A DNA stretch of 64,000 nt, from positions 320,001 to 384,000 of the forward strand of contig JAOPTT010000005.1 in NCBI GenBank assembly GCA_051531975.1. Direction: 5' to 3'. The position numbers and the translations under genes are program-made. The notes below the pieces were generated by a model, which saw only the letters and a program-made list of their open reading frames with translations, did no database searches and had not been told where the DNA came from. This document shows positions 28,113 through 38,484 of the stretch, piece by piece (positions within the stretch are counted from its first letter, which is position 1; every line of letters begins with the position of its first letter). This DNA comes from Spirochaetaceae bacterium (GTDB taxonomy: Bacteria > Spirochaetota > Spirochaetia > DSM-2461).

Positions 28113-28934
28113 TTATCCTTTAACTGAACCAGCAGTTAAACCTTGAATAAATTGTTTAGACATTAAAAGATAAAGACCCATTACAGGTATAGCTGATAAA
28201 GTTAATACAGCTAATATTCTTGACCAATCCGTCTGATACTGACCAAATAATCTAGTAACACCAAGTATTAAAGTTTTATGTTTCTCATCAGAGATAAACA
28301 GAAGTGGGAACCATAGATCATTCCATAAAGGGACAAGATTAAGTATTGCAACTGTTCCTAATGCAGGTCGTAATAATGGAACAATAATTGTTACAAATAT
28401 TCTTGATCTTCTAGCTCCATCTATTAATGCAGCTTCTGTTAATGACTCTGGTATCTGCCTAATAAACTCAGTTAATACAAATGTTGCCATTGGTAAACCC
28501 ATTGCTATATAGATTGGGAATAGACTGTAATAAGTATTAAGTAGATTTAAACTTTTAATAATTTGTAGCAGATTTATACTACCAATTCTAAGGGGAACCA
28601 TTAAACCAGCTAAAAAGAATAGATGTATCCATTTAGATAATTTACTTTTCCAGTTTGCCATAGCATAAGCTGCTAATGAACCAAAAACTAATATACATAT
28701 AATTGAACCTACAGTTACAACCAAACTATTTTTAAAGTATATTAAAAAATCACTATCTTGAAATACTGTTTGATAACTTCCAAAATTCCATTTTGTTGGC
28801 AGACCAAAAGGGTCTTTATAAATACTTAGTCTAAACTTAAACGAGTTTATAACCATGGTCCAAATTGGAAATAGTACAATTAATGTCCATATGCTTAAAA
28901 CTGAATATGAGAGTGCTTGTTTTTTCTTTATCAT
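28113..28934 (-). CDS. carbohydrate ABC transporter permease (MalG-like)
   Basis: EAALIDGA EAA loop; WNDLWFPL; FIQGLTAGSVKG. Confidence 0.92.
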   Translation of the reverse strand: MIKKKQALSYSVLSIWTLIVLFPIWTMVINSFKFRLSIYKDPFGLPTKWNFGSYQTVFQDSDFLIYFKNSLVVTVGSIICILVFGSLAAYAMANWKSKLSKWIHLFFLAGLMVPLRIGSINLLQIIKSLNLLNTYYSLFPIYIAMGLPMATFVLTEFIRQIPESLTEAALIDGARRSRIFVTIIVPLLRPALGTVAILNLVPLWNDLWFPLLFISDEKHKTLILGVTRLFGQYQTDWSRILAVLTLSAIPVMGLYLLMSKQFIQGLTAGSVKG

Positions 28935-29884
28935 TTTGCATCTCCTCTATCTGAACCTGTTACTCGCATGATAAATGTTACACCAATAGCCAAAAGTATA
29001 AATGTTATAGTCGCAACAGCAGCACCCAGTCCACGATCTGGAATACCTACTGGGTGTTGCCCTGCTATACCTATTCTGTAAAAGAATGTTCCTAGGATAT
29101 CTGTGGAGAACAACGGAGCACCATTTACATTTGCCATAGAAAATACTACGTCAAAGGCATTAAAGTTATTAACAAAAGTTAAAATTGCAATTATACCAAC
29201 TACTGGTTTTAATAGAGGAAGTTTGATAAGCCAAAATACTTGCCAATCAGATGCACCAGCAATATCTGCTGCTTCGTATAAGTCCTCTGATATGTTATTT
29301 AATCCAGCTAAAAACATCATAGTAGGCATTCCAACCCACTGCCATGATGATACTAGACTTATAATAATTAAAGCTATAGAAGGGTTACCAAGCCATGCAA
29401 TAGCATAGTCTTCTACACCTAGATTTTTCAATATAAGATTTATTGCACCCCATTGAGGGTTTAATATTAATTTCCAAACATACCCTGTCACTAAAATTGA
29501 CAATGTTGCTGGTAAAAAGATTACTGTTCTAAAAAAACTACTACCTTTTAGAAACTTATCAGCTAAAAAGTTTGCAAAAATTATTCCTAGAACATTTTGA
29601 ACTACCATGTGTATTCCAAAAAATAACCATGTATTCCCAAATGCTGACCAGTATCTCGCTGAGGTTCCTGGGTGTGTAAAAAGTTTAATATAGTTATTAA
29701 AACCTACAAAACTACTACCTTTATTTATTGTTTCTGTAAAAAAACTTAACTTTATTGAGTTTAATATTGGTAATGCCATAAATGCTGTATAAAACAGAAG
29801 TGCTGGAATAATGTATAGGAACCATTTAAACCCTCTTTGCTTAAAGAAAGTACTGTTATTGCTTTTAATTAGATTGTTCACCAT
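28931..29884 (-). CDS. carbohydrate ABC transporter permease (MalF-like)
   Basis: FVGFNNY, LYEAADIAGAS and LPLLKP motifs. Confidence 0.92.
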   Translation of the reverse strand: MVNNLIKSNNSTFFKQRGFKWFLYIIPALLFYTAFMALPILNSIKLSFFTETINKGSSFVGFNNYIKLFTHPGTSARYWSAFGNTWLFFGIHMVVQNVLGIIFANFLADKFLKGSSFFRTVIFLPATLSILVTGYVWKLILNPQWGAINLILKNLGVEDYAIAWLGNPSIALIIISLVSSWQWVGMPTMMFLAGLNNISEDLYEAADIAGASDWQVFWLIKLPLLKPVVGIIAILTFVNNFNAFDVVFSMANVNGAPLFSTDILGTFFYRIGIAGQHPVGIPDRGLGAAVATITFILLAIGVTFIMRVTGSDRGDAK

Positions 29885-29946
29885 CTACTCCTTTTAGAAT
29901 CTGACAGGATTTCTCCTGCCAGTGTTACATATTATTATTGTTCTAA

Positions 29947-31221
29947 TTACTTAGCAGGAGCATACCACTCTGCAAGACCATTTTTAAAATTATCTGCAGC
30001 TTCCTGAGGTGTTACAAATCCATTTATTACACCAATAGAACCTTCTTGCATTAATGTATAACCACTTGGCTCTCCACCTAATAATTCAGGCCATGCCCAT
30101 CTAACATCTGTTCCACGTCCAGAGTTAAGATTTAAGAACTCATTTGCATGAGAATCTTCTATAATTACTGAGTTTTCAGACATTGGGAAGAATCCTGTAG
30201 GAAGATATTTAGCTAAAGCTGAAGCACCTTCTTTAGAACCAAACCATGTTAAAAGAGTTTTAACTTCTTCTGGGTTTTCTGTTGCTGCATTCATTGCCAT
30301 ACCGGCATCTGCATGGAATGTTACGTACTCTTTTTTAGCACCTTTAGGAGCTGGAGGAGGTAAGATTCCCCAATCAAAATCAACATCTGTAAATGTTCCA
30401 ATAGTCCATGAACCATCAAAGTACATAGCTGCTTGTCCTGTTGCAAAAAGTGCATTACTATCGTTGTATCCTAACGCTTGAAAACCACCTGGAAGGTAAG
30501 GTTTTAAAGATGCCATAGCTTCAAACAGTGCTACAACTTCAGGTCCGTTAAACGCTTTCTCTTTATTATCATATGCAAGTCTACCTTCCATTCCGCCAAT
30601 AAAGTTTGGAGCGATACTCATAAATACTACTTCTGTAATATCCCACTCATCACCTAAACCATTTGCAAGAGGCATATAACCCGCATCTTTAATTGTTTGA
30701 CAATATACTAAAAATTCATCCCAGTCTTGTGGTTGAGTTAAACCAAGTTCTTTAAAAATATCTTTATTGTAATAAATACCATGTGATACAGCTGCAAATG
30801 GAATACCAAATGCTGAACCATCTGTTGCTAACCATGGAGCTTTATTACTGCCACTATAGTCACTACTGTAACCAGAAACATCTGAGACATCTGCAAAATA
30901 ACCATCTAAGAATAACTGATTACCTGTAGCAAATGATCTTGCATACATTACATCAGGTCCAATTCCACCTTCGAGTTGTAATCTTAATGTAGTATTATAT
31001 TCTGCTGGTATAGTTGGTTGAAATGTTACATTGATATTAGGATACTGCTTTGTAAATTCCCCTAATACAGCTTTCATTTGCTCTGCATCATCAGTTCTCC
31101 ATGATCCCATAGTAAGTTCAACTGCACTCTCTGTCACTGTTTTCTCTTCGTTGTTTCCGCTAGCTGTAAGGTTAGTTAAAGCCAACATTAAAACAATTAA
31201 TAAACATAGTGTTTTTTTCAT
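29947..31221 (-). CDS. sugar ABC transporter substrate-binding protein (family 1)
   Basis: Signal peptide; YYNKDIF.ELG...P..W.E and FATGQAAMYFDGSW motifs. Confidence 0.9.
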   Translation of the reverse strand: MKKTLCLLIVLMLALTNLTASGNNEEKTVTESAVELTMGSWRTDDAEQMKAVLGEFTKQYPNINVTFQPTIPAEYNTTLRLQLEGGIGPDVMYARSFATGNQLFLDGYFADVSDVSGYSSDYSGSNKAPWLATDGSAFGIPFAAVSHGIYYNKDIFKELGLTQPQDWDEFLVYCQTIKDAGYMPLANGLGDEWDITEVVFMSIAPNFIGGMEGRLAYDNKEKAFNGPEVVALFEAMASLKPYLPGGFQALGYNDSNALFATGQAAMYFDGSWTIGTFTDVDFDWGILPPPAPKGAKKEYVTFHADAGMAMNAATENPEEVKTLLTWFGSKEGASALAKYLPTGFFPMSENSVIIEDSHANEFLNLNSGRGTDVRWAWPELLGGEPSGYTLMQEGSIGVINGFVTPQEAADNFKNGLAEWYAPAK

Positions 31222-31283
31222 TATAATCCCCTTTCTAAAATATATATTTATATTGGGGTCAGAAATGTGATCTTGAAAGTTAC

Positions 31284-31324
31284 AAATGTACTCTAAAATG
31301 TACTTTCTTAAATTTAAATGTACT
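31284..31324. promoter_or_regulatory. three AAATGTACT repeats upstream of the ABC operon
   Basis: AAATGTACT at 31284, 31296 and 31316. Confidence 0.45.
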
Positions 31325-31342
31325 TTATTTATACTATTTGAA

Positions 31343-32011
31343 TTAGTCGTAGAAAAAAGAGTCTAAATTATTAGCTTTTCTAATAGCATCAGCTCTATTA
31401 CCAACGTCTAGTTTAGAATATATAACGCTAATATAATTTCTTATTGTCTGGGAGCCTACAAATATAGATTCTGCTATTTCACTATTTGTTTTACCGTTTA
31501 TTAATAATTTAATTATATTTTTTTCTCTACTATTTAATAGGTTATACCAATCTGGTATATCTCTTTTTAGATCGGTGGCGGCTTTTTTATTATTAGAATA
31601 CATATTGTCTATTAGATGACCTGCAATAGATGGTGAAATTGAAACTGCACCATTTTGTACAGCTCTAATAGATGAAATTAACATCTCCGGAGGAATATTT
31701 TTTAACATATAACCTGCAGCCCCATTATGTAGGGCATCTTTAACATATTCGTCATCTTCGAATGTAGTTAACATAATTATATGAATTAAAGGATGTTTTT
31801 GTTTTATTATTTTTGTTGCAGAAACTCCATCCATAATCGGCATTCTTACATCCATTAATATAATATCAATATCCAGTAAATCAACTTTTTCACAGGCTTC
31901 TTTTCCGTTGCCAGCCATACCTACAATCTTCATATCAGAGCCTAAGTTCTCTATAACAATTTTTAAACTTTCTAAAAATAGTAGTTGGTCGTCAACTAGT
32001 AATATGTTCAT
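31343..32011 (-). CDS. NarL/LuxR-family response regulator
   Basis: LLVDD, LMDVRMP.MDG and GYMLK receiver motifs; LuxR HTH; start placed at MNILL. Confidence 0.92.
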   Translation of the reverse strand: MNILLVDDQLLFLESLKIVIENLGSDMKIVGMAGNGKEACEKVDLLDIDIILMDVRMPIMDGVSATKIIKQKHPLIHIIMLTTFEDDEYVKDALHNGAAGYMLKNIPPEMLISSIRAVQNGAVSISPSIAGHLIDNMYSNNKKAATDLKRDIPDWYNLLNSREKNIIKLLINGKTNSEIAESIFVGSQTIRNYISVIYSKLDVGNRADAIRKANNLDSFFYD

Positions 32012-33230
32012 TATTAACCTCATCCTCTTTAATAATATATGGTATTCTTGCCCTTACAGTAAAGCCACTATGTAATGTACTCGTTTCAAATGTTCCATTA
32101 AGGCTATCTATTCTTTCTCTCATTCCCTGTAGACCAATACCTTCGTTTATCTTACTTGAGCCCCGTCCATTATCCCAGATACTTATAATTATTTCTCTGT
32201 GAATTAAAGACATTATTATTGAAATACTAGTTGCTTTCCCATGACGGAAAGCATTGGTTAAACTCTCTTGGATAAGTCTATAAATTACTTCTTCTATCTT
32301 TTTACCTAAAACATCTGGGACATTGCTGAAATCTATTTTTATGGTGATTCCTGTAATCTTCTCAAAAGTTTGTATTAGTTTATATAACCTTTTTACCCCA
32401 ATTTCAGTTTCAGGAGAGAATGCTCTTAGTTTATAAAGTGCACTTCTTGCTTGTTCCATACCATCGTTCGTTTGTGTCTGGGATTGTAATAGTAGGGATT
32501 TAATCTCTGGAGTGAGACCCTCTTTCATGGTTAATGCAGCTTGAATTATCATTAACTGATTTGTTAAAGTATAACCTATAATATCGTGCATTTCCCTTGA
32601 TATTCTTTTACGTTCGTTCTCTATTGCATCGTGTTCTATAACAAAAGCATGGTTCTGAAAACCTAAGTTTATATCTGTTAACTCTTTTACAGCATTATCT
32701 AATCTATTCAGATTAAAGGAACTATTTTGTACCTGTTTAAATAGCTTTTTCAGAAAAAGTGCCATAATAAGTATTAATAAAGATGTAAAAACAAAAAATA
32801 GTAGCTGATTATTATCTGCTCTTCCATATTCAACTCCCCATGAGACAATATGTTTCTGGTTTAAAAATGTAATAATTGTAAACACTATTGATGGAATTGC
32901 ACCATAATATTCAGGGATGTAATATATCGTTTCTAAAATTAAAGATGCTAATAATATAGTTTCAATATTTAAATAAGTCCCAAGAGGGTAACCTAATATT
33001 GATAATGCAATAAACTTTAAAATCAGAAGGAAAAGTCTTATTTTTTTTAGATAAATAATAAGTATAGATGTGATAAAAGAGAAAATTATTAACAAATAAC
33101 TTTGCATTTGCCAAGTATTAGGGTGGTCCCATGTTGTTATAAGAAATTTATAATCAAAAAAAACAAATAGGTGCACCGATATGGATATTCCTATAAGTAA
33201 TAGTGAAACATTCTTTTTCTCTCTAATCAT
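31992..33230 (-). CDS. membrane sensor histidine kinase (HisKA_3)
   Basis: ERKRISREMHDIIG, QESLTNAFRHG, DNGRG and GIGLQGMRER motifs. Confidence 0.92.
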   Translation of the reverse strand: MIREKKNVSLLLIGISISVHLFVFFDYKFLITTWDHPNTWQMQSYLLIIFSFITSILIIYLKKIRLFLLILKFIALSILGYPLGTYLNIETILLASLILETIYYIPEYYGAIPSIVFTIITFLNQKHIVSWGVEYGRADNNQLLFFVFTSLLILIMALFLKKLFKQVQNSSFNLNRLDNAVKELTDINLGFQNHAFVIEHDAIENERKRISREMHDIIGYTLTNQLMIIQAALTMKEGLTPEIKSLLLQSQTQTNDGMEQARSALYKLRAFSPETEIGVKRLYKLIQTFEKITGITIKIDFSNVPDVLGKKIEEVIYRLIQESLTNAFRHGKATSISIIMSLIHREIIISIWDNGRGSSKINEGIGLQGMRERIDSLNGTFETSTLHSGFTVRARIPYIIKEDEVNNEHITS

Positions 33231-33371
33231 AGGTTATGATATATCAATTTATTCACATTAGGTATATTTTTTTAATCACTGCAAAAAACACTACTTATGT
33301 ACGCCTGAACTGGAAGGAATAAGCAAAATTGTCTATATAATAATAGGGTAATTAAATTAACATCAAATAAT

Positions 33372-33394
33372 ATGGGTGTTTGTTAGACACCCAT
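33372..33394 (-). terminator. intrinsic terminator of the GH2 operon
   Basis: ATGGGTGTT/GACACCCAT hairpin just past the stop at 33402. Confidence 0.6.
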
Positions 33395-33401
33395 TTCTAT
33401 A

Positions 33402-35249
33402 TTAACGGTCATACTCATAATATTTTGTAAAATAGTTAGCGGCCTCTTCCCACCCAATACCTGGGTATACATAGTTTTTAGGTTTTTTACCATTTTCATT
33501 TTTATAGATGTGAAGATAGTGTTCTCCATCAACTTCAACTCTAAGTCCTATATCTGGTATTCCATCTGGTTTATTTGAATTGCGACCTATAAAATCTGCA
33601 ACTCTCATAGATATTGGATTCCCGGTCGGAATACCTGGAATTTGTAGGTCAAATAGTTTCTCTTCTCCACTATAGATAGAAGATGGGTTAGCAAAAATAA
33701 ATTCATGGTAGCCATCTCCTGTCCAATCTACAGAGAACGCTGTATTCCCTGGGGAGAATAGCTTAAGAACTTCTCCATCTTGGTTAATTAGAGCCTGGGG
33801 ATTTCCATCTTGGTAGTGAACTTTTGTCATTAGCTGGAACTGATCCTTCAAATCCTTATCATTAGGAAAGAAATAACCACCAATTAGATATTCGAAGTGC
33901 TCACCAGTTACCTCCCAAATGTTATTTCCATTAACATCGTATAGTGCAACTCCGGAAGCATCACAATATGTTACACCTATGTTCCACTCTCCATTCTGTT
34001 TAATAGGTACAATTCCATCTATATGACCACCATACCACAATTTAACTGAGTTTGATTTAAGTGTTGTTCTTACAGTACCATCAGCATTTAAAATAGCTGC
34101 TCCAGTAATAATCTCGTCTATTCCATCGGAATCCAGATCGTAAGCTGCAATTCTATGAGCTAACATGAAACCTCCTGGGTCTCTCTCTTTCCATAATAGG
34201 TTTAAGTCTTTATCAAATGCCCAAATTGTATGATAGGCATCTTTTAATAGGAAATCTTTTTTACCATTTCCATCTAAATCCGCTAATATAAGACAGTCGC
34301 TGGAATCCACAGCTCCTACAGCAATTTTTTTCTCTATTTCACCAGTAAGACCGTTAAACTGACGTAAAAAACCGTCGGTAGCCATGTAGAGTTTCTGGTT
34401 AAAAACTACAAAAGCTGCAGATGAACCACGACCCATACCAATCTTTGACGGCCAATCTCTCTCATTTCTCCAACTCCATAAAACATTGCCCTCTAAGTCT
34501 TGCACTGCAAAAGTTGCAACTCTATTAATATCTGGCATCTCTACGTAGTATCTCATCGTGATTATCTCTACTACACCATCACCTGTTAAGTCTCCTGCAA
34601 TCCAGTAGATTCCTCCATCTTCTGTATCTAGTTTTATAGAGAGATCAGGTTTAATAGTTTTAGGTCCTGTAACTGGAAATTTAGGATTAGCACTGTGGTC
34701 ATAAACAGGAATATCTTTTTTTATTTTGTTGGCATAATATTTAGGACTTCTGACTGTGAATGCCATATAAGCCATACAAAGTACTGCTACAAAGAGCAGA
34801 CTATTACAGCTATAGATAATAATTTTACCTGGATTTAGATTGTTTTTATCTTTCTTAAGAGTAAAAAACAGTATAGCTCCCGAAATAAAAATAGAAACTA
34901 TTAACACTCCATTCTGAAGTAATTTAATAGGTAGTAGTTGCAGGTATAAACTTTGAACTTCTGGGTATATAATTGCAACTAGACCCCAATAAACAGCTAA
35001 CTGAAAACTCAGATAGATTGTTGTAAGTACTCGATTATATTTTTTACCCTTATGTATTCGAATTAGAGATATTATGGAAGTTATAAGCAGAAATAGAACA
35101 AATATATATGCTGCTAGAAATGAGTTATCTCCTAGGGGGATAGCTCCTTTTACAAATTTATTAATTAAGACCCATACTAACCTTAATGAGAATATCATAA
35201 AGACTGAAAATAGCCCGGATAGTGTTACAAATAGATTAAACTTTTTCAT
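33402..35249 (-). CDS. membrane-anchored FG-GAP/beta-propeller protein (possibly polysaccharide lyase 11-like)
   Basis: About 5 N-terminal TM helices, then repeated DLTGDG.VE, DLDGNGKKD, DLDSDGIDE and DWTGDGYHE calcium-blade motifs. Confidence 0.6.
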   Translation of the reverse strand: MKKFNLFVTLSGLFSVFMIFSLRLVWVLINKFVKGAIPLGDNSFLAAYIFVLFLLITSIISLIRIHKGKKYNRVLTTIYLSFQLAVYWGLVAIIYPEVQSLYLQLLPIKLLQNGVLIVSIFISGAILFFTLKKDKNNLNPGKIIIYSCNSLLFVAVLCMAYMAFTVRSPKYYANKIKKDIPVYDHSANPKFPVTGPKTIKPDLSIKLDTEDGGIYWIAGDLTGDGVVEIITMRYYVEMPDINRVATFAVQDLEGNVLWSWRNERDWPSKIGMGRGSSAAFVVFNQKLYMATDGFLRQFNGLTGEIEKKIAVGAVDSSDCLILADLDGNGKKDFLLKDAYHTIWAFDKDLNLLWKERDPGGFMLAHRIAAYDLDSDGIDEIITGAAILNADGTVRTTLKSNSVKLWYGGHIDGIVPIKQNGEWNIGVTYCDASGVALYDVNGNNIWEVTGEHFEYLIGGYFFPNDKDLKDQFQLMTKVHYQDGNPQALINQDGEVLKLFSPGNTAFSVDWTGDGYHEFIFANPSSIYSGEEKLFDLQIPGIPTGNPISMRVADFIGRNSNKPDGIPDIGLRVEVDGEHYLHIYKNENGKKPKNYVYPGIGWEEAANYFTKYYEYDR

Positions 35250-36520
35250 AATTTAGCATCCTTTCTCTTTAGTATAAATAGTGGGATAAGTGGTAATAGT
35301 CCAACTAAAGCTGAAACTTGGTAGATAACAGGTGTAGGAATAAATCCTTCTAAACCATTAATCACAGATGGAATACCCAATATTGTTATTAATTTTGCTC
35401 CAATTGCTGGCCCAATTATCATAGGTAACATAACCATAAAAATTAACCTAACACCCTGAAACTGGCCTCTAGCATCGGCCGGCATAAGGTTTCTAGACCA
35501 TGCTCCTAAAACAATAAACATTAAAAACCCAACATTTTTTAGGGCACCAAACACTCCTAAAAGTATTAAATTATCGGTAGTGGAAAATAGAAACTGGCCT
35601 AATGATGCAATAATAAATCCTACAACTACTACAGGGAATCCTTTACCTTTGTCTGTTAATATACCAATAGGTAGTGCAAATAAAATCAACACTGGAGCTA
35701 CTAAAGCTGTTAATATTCCAGCTATAGATTTTGATATTTCAAGGTAGTTATTTATATAAATCATCTCATAAGGTGCAATAATCTGGGTAGAGATTGAATA
35801 TATAGTTATGGTTAAAAAAACCAGATACAGACTGGTGTTATTTTTAATACTTTTTATAGTAAATATCTGGATTAACTCCTTGAAGTAGTTTTTGTCTGTT
35901 CCTACTGCAGATTTTTTTAGATTAGGGCTATCTTTTAAAAGTAATGAACCTGTAGTACCCATGATCAGAACCATAGACCCTAGAGATAGAAAAAATGGGA
36001 AATAACCAAACTTATCAATTATTAACCCAGATAACCCCATACCGATTATTACTGCAAAAACTGGAAGAATATTTAAAAGTGCTTCAACTTTACCTCTATT
36101 CCCTTTGTGGGTGATATCCGTAACCCAAGCATTAAAAGCTGCATCGTTCGCAGTTGATCCAAAAAATGTCATAACTGCATCTAGGGCTATAACTAAAATT
36201 ATAGCCAACTGAACCGACTTTGTCCAAGATGACATAGGGAATGCTATAGTTGATAGTGCCCATAATATATACCCTAAAAATATAAAGGGTTTACGACGAC
36301 CAATTCGATCACTTAAAGTTCCCATGAGTAGGGTTGTTATTGTTGCAACTATGGCACTAACTGCAACCATAATTGCTATTGGTTCCGGGTTTGGAGTTAT
36401 GGTGTCGTAAACAAATGTATTAAACCAAGAGTTCTCAACATTCCATGCGATAAATCCACTTAAACCTAATAAGGTCATAACGATCCAATTTTTTTTACTA
36501 ACTGTGTTAAATTCTTTCAT
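35246..36520 (-). CDS. MFS transporter (sugar/glycoside)
   Basis: GTLSDRIGRRKPF motif A; about 12 TM segments. Confidence 0.88.
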   Translation of the reverse strand: MKEFNTVSKKNWIVMTLLGLSGFIAWNVENSWFNTFVYDTITPNPEPIAIMVAVSAIVATITTLLMGTLSDRIGRRKPFIFLGYILWALSTIAFPMSSWTKSVQLAIILVIALDAVMTFFGSTANDAAFNAWVTDITHKGNRGKVEALLNILPVFAVIIGMGLSGLIIDKFGYFPFFLSLGSMVLIMGTTGSLLLKDSPNLKKSAVGTDKNYFKELIQIFTIKSIKNNTSLYLVFLTITIYSISTQIIAPYEMIYINNYLEISKSIAGILTALVAPVLILFALPIGILTDKGKGFPVVVVGFIIASLGQFLFSTTDNLILLGVFGALKNVGFLMFIVLGAWSRNLMPADARGQFQGVRLIFMVMLPMIIGPAIGAKLITILGIPSVINGLEGFIPTPVIYQVSALVGLLPLIPLFILKRKDAKL

Positions 36521-38331
36521 TTCTCCGTCCTTAATAAAAATTCGTTATATATTTTTTGATTTAGAGACCTAACAACATTGGTATCTATCTTCTGAACTTT
36601 CCTGTCATAACTAAAATAACCATTTGACTCAATTTCAACATCTGTTAACTGGGTATAAACCGCTACAGACAGGCCATTTTTTATTTTTGGTATTAACTGA
36701 TCCTCTATTAAATTAATATAAGCTTTCTCAAGACTGTTTTTATCTTTAAAAGATTTATATCCATACTTTTTATTTTCATTCCACATATGTCCTGGGACAT
36801 TTAGGTTATACCCCCCATATTCAGAAAGAAAGTATATTCTATCCTCTCTCTTTTTTTTGTTTTTAAGAGCAAAAGTGTAAGTATGAATACTAGAAAAATC
36901 TCCAACCCCTTGATCTATCCAACCAGATGCGTGGTCAATTAATCTTGTTGGGTCTTTAGCACCTATTTCTTTTGTAATTCGTACAGAATCATATTGTCCC
37001 CAGGCCTCGTTAAATGGAACCCATATAATTATGGATGGGTGGTTATGCAGATGTTCCATCATAGAATGTAGTTCGTTTTCAAAATCTTCTCTGGACTCTT
37101 TAGTATTACGTAGGGTTCTTTTATGTGCCTTTTTTGTAGAGTCATTAAATTTTACTCCAGCTATTATACTTGCAAAAAGAATTGGATTTTTAGTCCATTC
37201 ACTTCCTCCAGAAACAGCATCCTGAATCACTAACAGACCTAACCTATCCGCATGGTAATACCATCTTCTAGGCTCAATTTTTATATGTTTTCTAGTCATG
37301 TTAAAACCAAGCTCTATAGTTTTTTCTATATCAAAAAGAATTGCCTCTTCACATAATGGGGTCATTCCTGATTCTGGCCAATACCCCTGATCTAATGGTC
37401 CATGTAGAAAAATTGGTTTGTTGTTCAGCAGTACTCTCTTATGTCCATTTTTACAAATCTCACTTGAAATTTTACGCATTCCAAAATAACTATCTACAAA
37501 ATCAGGGGAACTTTTATTTGAGATAATCTCGATTTTAATTCCATATAAAATAGGCGTTTGTGGGGACCATAATTTATAGTCTTCAAAAGGCAATTTATAC
37601 ATTGTATTAGATTTGCATTCAGTTGTTTTTATAGTTTTATCACCTTCTGTAATAGTTACCCTTAACTTGGTATCTATTATTGTGGTAGTTGTTAATTCAA
37701 CTAAGTTTGTGTCTATATTGGGGGTTATTTTAATTGAAATAATACTGTTATCGACTGGTATGGGTTCAAGCCAAACCGTTTGCCAAATTCCACTTGTCGC
37801 CTCATAATAAATCCCAGTAGGATTAAGTACCTGTTTCCCACGTTGCTGAAACCCATTATCTGTACTATCTTCTACGGCTAAGATTATCTGGTTGTCTTTT
37901 GAATTTAACTTATCTGTAATATCAAAACAAAAAGGAATATATCCACCTTTATGCTCCCCAACCTTTACACCATTTACATAACAGATACAAAACCAGTCCA
38001 CAGCTTCAAAATTAAGAACTATTTTCTCCCCACTCCAGGACTCTGGTACTGTCACAGACCTTCTATACCATAGGGATTGCCCAGGTTTTAGAGGCTTAGT
38101 TACACCAGAGAGTTCTGTCTCTATTGCAAACGGTACTAATATATCACCTTCCCAATTAATTCCATCTTTCAAAGATATATTATTAATAGTTTTATCTATA
38201 ACAGCGTAATCCCAGATCCCATTTAAGTTTAGCCACCTATCTCTTAAAAGTTCAGGTCTAGGGTACTCATTTAATGGAAGTTCTCTATTTATAGTTTTAC
38301 TCCATGGTGTATTTAAATGTCTAGGTTTCAT
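36517..38331 (-). CDS. glycoside hydrolase family 2
   Basis: EYPRP...R..W.NLNG.W, LNFEAVD, SGIWQTVWLE, LDQGYWPE, RKHIK.EP, WVPFNEAWG and SEYGG motifs. Confidence 0.92.
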   Translation of the reverse strand: MKPRHLNTPWSKTINRELPLNEYPRPELLRDRWLNLNGIWDYAVIDKTINNISLKDGINWEGDILVPFAIETELSGVTKPLKPGQSLWYRRSVTVPESWSGEKIVLNFEAVDWFCICYVNGVKVGEHKGGYIPFCFDITDKLNSKDNQIILAVEDSTDNGFQQRGKQVLNPTGIYYEATSGIWQTVWLEPIPVDNSIISIKITPNIDTNLVELTTTTIIDTKLRVTITEGDKTIKTTECKSNTMYKLPFEDYKLWSPQTPILYGIKIEIISNKSSPDFVDSYFGMRKISSEICKNGHKRVLLNNKPIFLHGPLDQGYWPESGMTPLCEEAILFDIEKTIELGFNMTRKHIKIEPRRWYYHADRLGLLVIQDAVSGGSEWTKNPILFASIIAGVKFNDSTKKAHKRTLRNTKESREDFENELHSMMEHLHNHPSIIIWVPFNEAWGQYDSVRITKEIGAKDPTRLIDHASGWIDQGVGDFSSIHTYTFALKNKKKREDRIYFLSEYGGYNLNVPGHMWNENKKYGYKSFKDKNSLEKAYINLIEDQLIPKIKNGLSVAVYTQLTDVEIESNGYFSYDRKVQKIDTNVVRSLNQKIYNEFLLRTEK

Positions 38332-38484
38332 TATATCCTCTTTGGTTTATGTTTTGTTAAAGTATATTATCACAAATATATAGTTGTCAAACAAAATCAG
38401 CTGTATTTACTTGGATTATATTACTTCCGCTTTTAGTAAACTAAATTGCTTGTTTCAATATATTAGACATGTTATAATTAAAAT

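Noticed and set aside
28113..31221. Missing ATPase in the CUT1 ABC operon as a sign of decay
   Set aside because: CUT1 systems commonly share a MsmK/MalK-type ATPase encoded elsewhere.
33306..33337. Second ECF-like promoter (TGAAC...TGTCTATA)
   Set aside because: Spacing is about 19 nt rather than 16-17, so it does not fit the ECF consensus.
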